DNA of 64,000 nucleotides from an uncultured Actinomycetota bacterium (GTDB lineage Bacteria; Actinomycetota; Actinomycetes; JACCUZ01): NCBI GenBank assembly GCA_963751035.1, contig CAVVSW010000004.1, positions 3,142 to 67,141 of the forward strand, read 5' to 3'. Shown piece by piece: positions 61,101 to 64,000 of this stretch (position 1 is its first letter; each line of letters starts with the position of its first letter). The notes under the pieces were generated by a model. It saw only the letters and a program-made list of their open reading frames with translations, ran no database searches and was not told where the DNA came from. The position numbers and the translations under genes were made by a program.

Positions 61101-63998
61101 GTCCATCGTGGCGTACGCGTCGAGGTCGAGCAGGCCGCTTCCGAGGTTGACGTCGCCGACGACGGCGCTTGGGACCGACCCGGCGGCTGCACCGACGTGC
61201 GCGTCGACGACGCCGGTGACCTTGGCGATGGCCCGCGCACCGTTGATCGCGGCAAGCCCGCCGATGGCGACGCTGATCGTGTTCGCATTGGCGTCGTAGT
61301 CGCCGTTCGCGTCGATGTCGAGACCGCCCGCGCTAACCGTGACGGCCGACCCGATGTAGGCACGCGTCTGTCCGCTCACCTCGGCCGTCGGCCGCATCAG
61401 CGAGATGGTGAACCCGCCGGAGAAGCCGCCGCCGTCGGCGATGGCGGTCGCGATCAGCTGCGAGTAGGCGCGGACGACAACCGTCGAGGAGCCCGCGTCA
61501 ACCGTGTTCCCTGGCGTGGCCGTGGGCAGCGTTCCGGCCGGCGCGCCGATGAACGCCTCGACGGTGCCCGCCGTGGTGGCGAAGCCCGTCACGAACGAGC
61601 CGCTGGCGAGTCCCGCGGCCGAACCGACGAACGACTGGAAGCTCGCGTCGAAGACGACCCGCTGCAGGGCACCGTCGTTGCCGGCGCGGACGATGACGTT
61701 CCCAGCGTCGATGTCGACGCCGTTGCGGATGTAGGCGCTCGCGCGGGCGGTGATCGACGCCTCGGGCGACACGAGGTTGATGGAGATCCCACCGGACAGT
61801 CCGGCGGCGTCGGCTTCGGCCCGCGCCTTCACGAGCAGCGGCTCGACGATGACGTGCACGTTGCCGGTGCCGACGTCGATGTCCGTCGCCGCGCCGGACG
61901 CCGCGTTCGCGGTGTTGGCGCCGATGTAGGCCTCGATTACGCCGGTCGCGTTCGCGTGCGCCTCGACGACGCCGCCGCCGCCCAGGGCGGAGATGCCGAG
62001 GACGAACGTTTCCGCCTTCGACTCGAACCGGGTTGCGTCAGCCTTGATGACGACATTCGCGGCCTCGACGTCGACACCCTCGCCGACGTACGCGCGGATC
62101 TTGGCGCCGGCGTCAGCGGTCGGATCCATCACTGCGACCGTGATCGCGCCGCCGGAGCCGCCGTCCGCCTTGGCGTGCGCGTAGATGTCGCCGACTGCGT
62201 CGATGGTCAGGTCGCCCGTGAGCGTGACGACAGTGGGCGCAGTCACGGCCGTGCCGGCACTCGCGCCGACGTGCGCGTCGACGATGCCCGTGACCCTCGC
62301 GTCGGCGTCTGCGCCGACGCCGCCCGCGAGCCCGCCGATCGCGACGGCGATGGTCGTTGCCTCGGCGACGTACGTGCCGTTGGCGTCGATGTCGAGCGTT
62401 GTTGCCTCGAGGTCCGCGCCCTGCCCGACGTACGCGCGCGTCGTGCCGCCGGCCTCCGCGCTGGGCAGCATCGCGGTGACCGAGATCGCGCCGCCGCCAC
62501 CACCGTCGGCCTTCGCGGTCGCGGTCATCGACGAGGCGGCGTCGATGTCCACGAGGCCGGTCACGTCAAGGATGGTCAGCGCAGTGGCGCCAGGAGCGGT
62601 CCCGACGGGAGCGCCGATGAAGGCCTCGACAGTGCCGATGACGAGTGCGGCCGCGTTCGCACCGCTGCCGCTTGCGATGCCGACGCCGATGACGACGGAC
62701 GTCGCCTCAGCCTCGTAGACGACGCGGTCCGCCGCGGTACCTGCCCGGACCGTGAGGGAACCGGCCACGAGATCGGTGCCTTCGCGGACGTAGGCCCGGG
62801 TCGTACCGCTCACCGTCGCGGTCGGCAGCATCACGTTGATCGTCAAGCCGAGGCTTGCACCGCCGCCGTTCGCGGTCGCCTTGGCCTTCATGAAGGCGTC
62901 CGCGTCCACGGTCATGTTGCCGGTGCCGAGCCTGATCTTGGGCACAGCAGCCGTGGTCGCGTTGCCCACGCGGGCGCCGACGAAGGACTCGACGATCCCG
63001 GACACCGTGGCGGTGGCCTGGACGGCGCCTCCGGATGCCAGTGCTCCGATGTTGACCAGGAGGGTCGTCGCCGTGGAGTTCAGGGTTCCGTCCGACGTGA
63101 CGGACAGCGAGCCGGCGGTGAGGTCGGCGCCCTCGCCGACGTAGCTGCGCGTGATGCCGGAGACGCTCGCGCTCGGCAGCATGACACCGACACTGATGCC
63201 GCCGCCACCACCGCCGTTGGCCTTAGCGGTCGCGGTCATCGCCGAGTTGGCGGACACCGTCGCCGCCCCGGACAGGACGATGACCGAGCTGCCCGCCGCA
63301 GGGGTGCTCCCCGCCGCTCCGGCGACGTGCGCGTCCACAGTGCCATTGACGATGGCGGTGGCGTTGACCACGTTCACGGCGCCGAGGCCGACCGAGATGG
63401 CGATCGTCTCGGCGGTGGCGCTCATCAGCGGCGCGTTGGCGCTGACCGTGAGCGTCGTGCCGTGCACGTCGGCGCCCTCACCCGCGTAGGCGCGGACGGT
63501 GCCGCTCGTCAGGGCGGTCGGGATCATGACGTTGGCGGCCAGACCCGCGCTGACGCCGGTGCCGTCCGCCTTGGCGTTGGTGACCATCCGGCCCAGGGCG
63601 GCGACCGTCGTCGGACCAGTGAGGACGAGCGTGGTGCCGGGCTGGCCGCCGCCGGCGATGCCCACAGGTGCCCCGACGTAGGCTTCGATGACTCCCGAGA
63701 CGGTCGCGTCGGCCTTGACCGCTGCGAGGGCGGCGAAGGCACCGACGCCGAGCACGTACGTCGTGGCGGTGGCGGTGTAGTCGACCGGGTCGGTCTCGTC
63801 AGCACCGGTCGCGGGGTCGTCGAGGATCCCGGCCACGACCGTGAGCGGTCCGGCAGTCATGTCGACGCCGTCGCGGACCACGGCTCGGGTCGCGCCGCTC
63901 ACGGTGGCGGTCGGCAGCATGATCCCGATGCCGACGGCGCCGGCGGCGTTGACACCGTTGGCGGTGGCCGTTGCCGTCATCGTCGAGTGCGCGGACAC
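43197..63998 (-). CDS. giant repetitive exoprotein/adhesin-like protein, 5'-truncated by the window (at least 6933 aa visible)
   Basis: Single uninterrupted minus-strand ORF from the window edge to TGA at 43197-43199. Composition is G/A/T/V/D-rich with little Lys. Sub-regions are listed separately below. Confidence 0.9.
   Translation of the reverse strand: [6933 protein letters not shown]
43200..43600 (-). other. C-terminal mini-module of the giant ORF with a complete metzincin zinc-binding signature
   Basis: The last roughly 130 aa read ...[97 protein letters not shown] (43272-43304) fits HExxHxxGxxH, and SFMAP nine residues later fits a Met-turn. Confidence 0.6.
43610..44700 (-). other. 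two tandem LamG/concanavalin-A-like jelly-roll domains of the giant ORF
   Basis: Domain 1: [26 protein letters not shown]...[31 protein letters not shown]...[14 protein letters not shown]. Domain 2: [14 protein letters not shown]...[13 protein letters not shown]...[29 protein letters not shown]...[16 protein letters not shown]...[12 protein letters not shown]. Confidence 0.6.
45000..47640 (-). repeat. region with about nine dispersed hemolysin-type (RTX, GGxGxD) calcium-binding repeat blocks in the giant ORF
   Basis: Examples: [42 protein letters not shown] (47521-47640); [99 protein letters not shown] (45001-45060). Confidence 0.75.
48005..50100 (-). repeat. six copies of a W-x-x-D-G-[FY]-x-x-G-Q small-domain module within the giant ORF
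   Basis: [20 protein letters not shown] (about 50041-50100); [19 protein letters not shown] (about 49741-49820); [26 protein letters not shown] (about 48900-48960); [76 protein letters not shown] (about 48010-48125). Confidence 0.6.
59200..63998 (-). repeat. array of about 13 diverged 115-130-aa coding repeats in the giant ORF (continues beyond the window)
   Basis: Recurring pair of motifs. First: A-K-A-x-G-G-G-G-x-[IL]-S-[VI]-x-x-M-L-P-[ST]-A-x-V-S-G-x-T-R-A-Y-V-G-E-G-x-D-L-x-A-G-S-L-x-V. Then, about 55 aa later: A-x-A-x-V-x-G-x-V-E-A-[YF]-[VI]-G-A. Example MLP/MIP/MLP anchors are at visible residues 27, 158 and 273. Confidence 0.7.
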
Positions 63999-64000
63999 GG

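Noticed and set aside
59200-63998. Periodic DNA repetition considered as a CRISPR or non-coding tandem array
   Set aside because: The periodicity is about 350-390 bp, diverged, and entirely inside one open reading frame with conserved amino-acid motifs. There is no short direct repeat / spacer structure and there are no cas genes.

Overview
Very GC-rich, Actinobacteria-like chromosomal segment (taxon is an inference from gene content, GTG/TTG starts and 4-bp start/stop overlaps).

Gene order:
- 1-2.8 kb: heme genes (hemA 3' end, hemC, fused cobA/hemD). They are clearly recognisable but broken by about 20 single-base frame changes.
- 2.6-14.6 kb: HAD hydrolase; MarR + MFS pair; lipoprotein; secreted SGNH/PKD protein; divergent ROK kinase and PPK2; a 1183-aa zinc-ribbon / class III cyclase / STAND ATPase / TPR protein.
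- 14.7-21.8 kb: a GlcNAc/MurNAc PTS-catabolic locus. Minus strand: nagA, SIS deaminase, EIIB, EIIA, HAD, ptsH, murQ. Plus strand: a GntR (DasR/NagR-like) regulator and EIIC. A near-consensus dre palindrome lies between the two arms.
- 21.9-35.8 kb: HerA-like ATPase; a short gene-remnant scar; tRNA-Arg(ACG); pckG; a holin-X/DUF3618 membrane-protein cluster; tRNA-Ser(GCU); a GAF-PAS-GGDEF-EAL protein (one frameshift); a duplicated membrane protein; an aldehyde dehydrogenase (one frameshift); two conserved hypotheticals.
- 35.8 kb to window end, all on the minus strand: a giant ORF (at least 6933 codons, 5' end outside the window), then a 1040-aa secreted beta-helix/FN3 protein, then MoxR, DUF58 and a transglutaminase-like membrane protein.

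The giant ORF is the most unusual object. It is a mosaic of a 115-130-aa repeat array, small beta-barrel-like modules, several kinds of Ca-binding motif, dispersed RTX blocks and two LamG-like domains. It ends in a roughly 110-aa module carrying a complete metzincin signature ([11 protein letters not shown] plus a Met-turn).

I saw no CRISPR array, rRNA, transposase or integrase. All domain calls come from motif recognition by eye. No database search was run.
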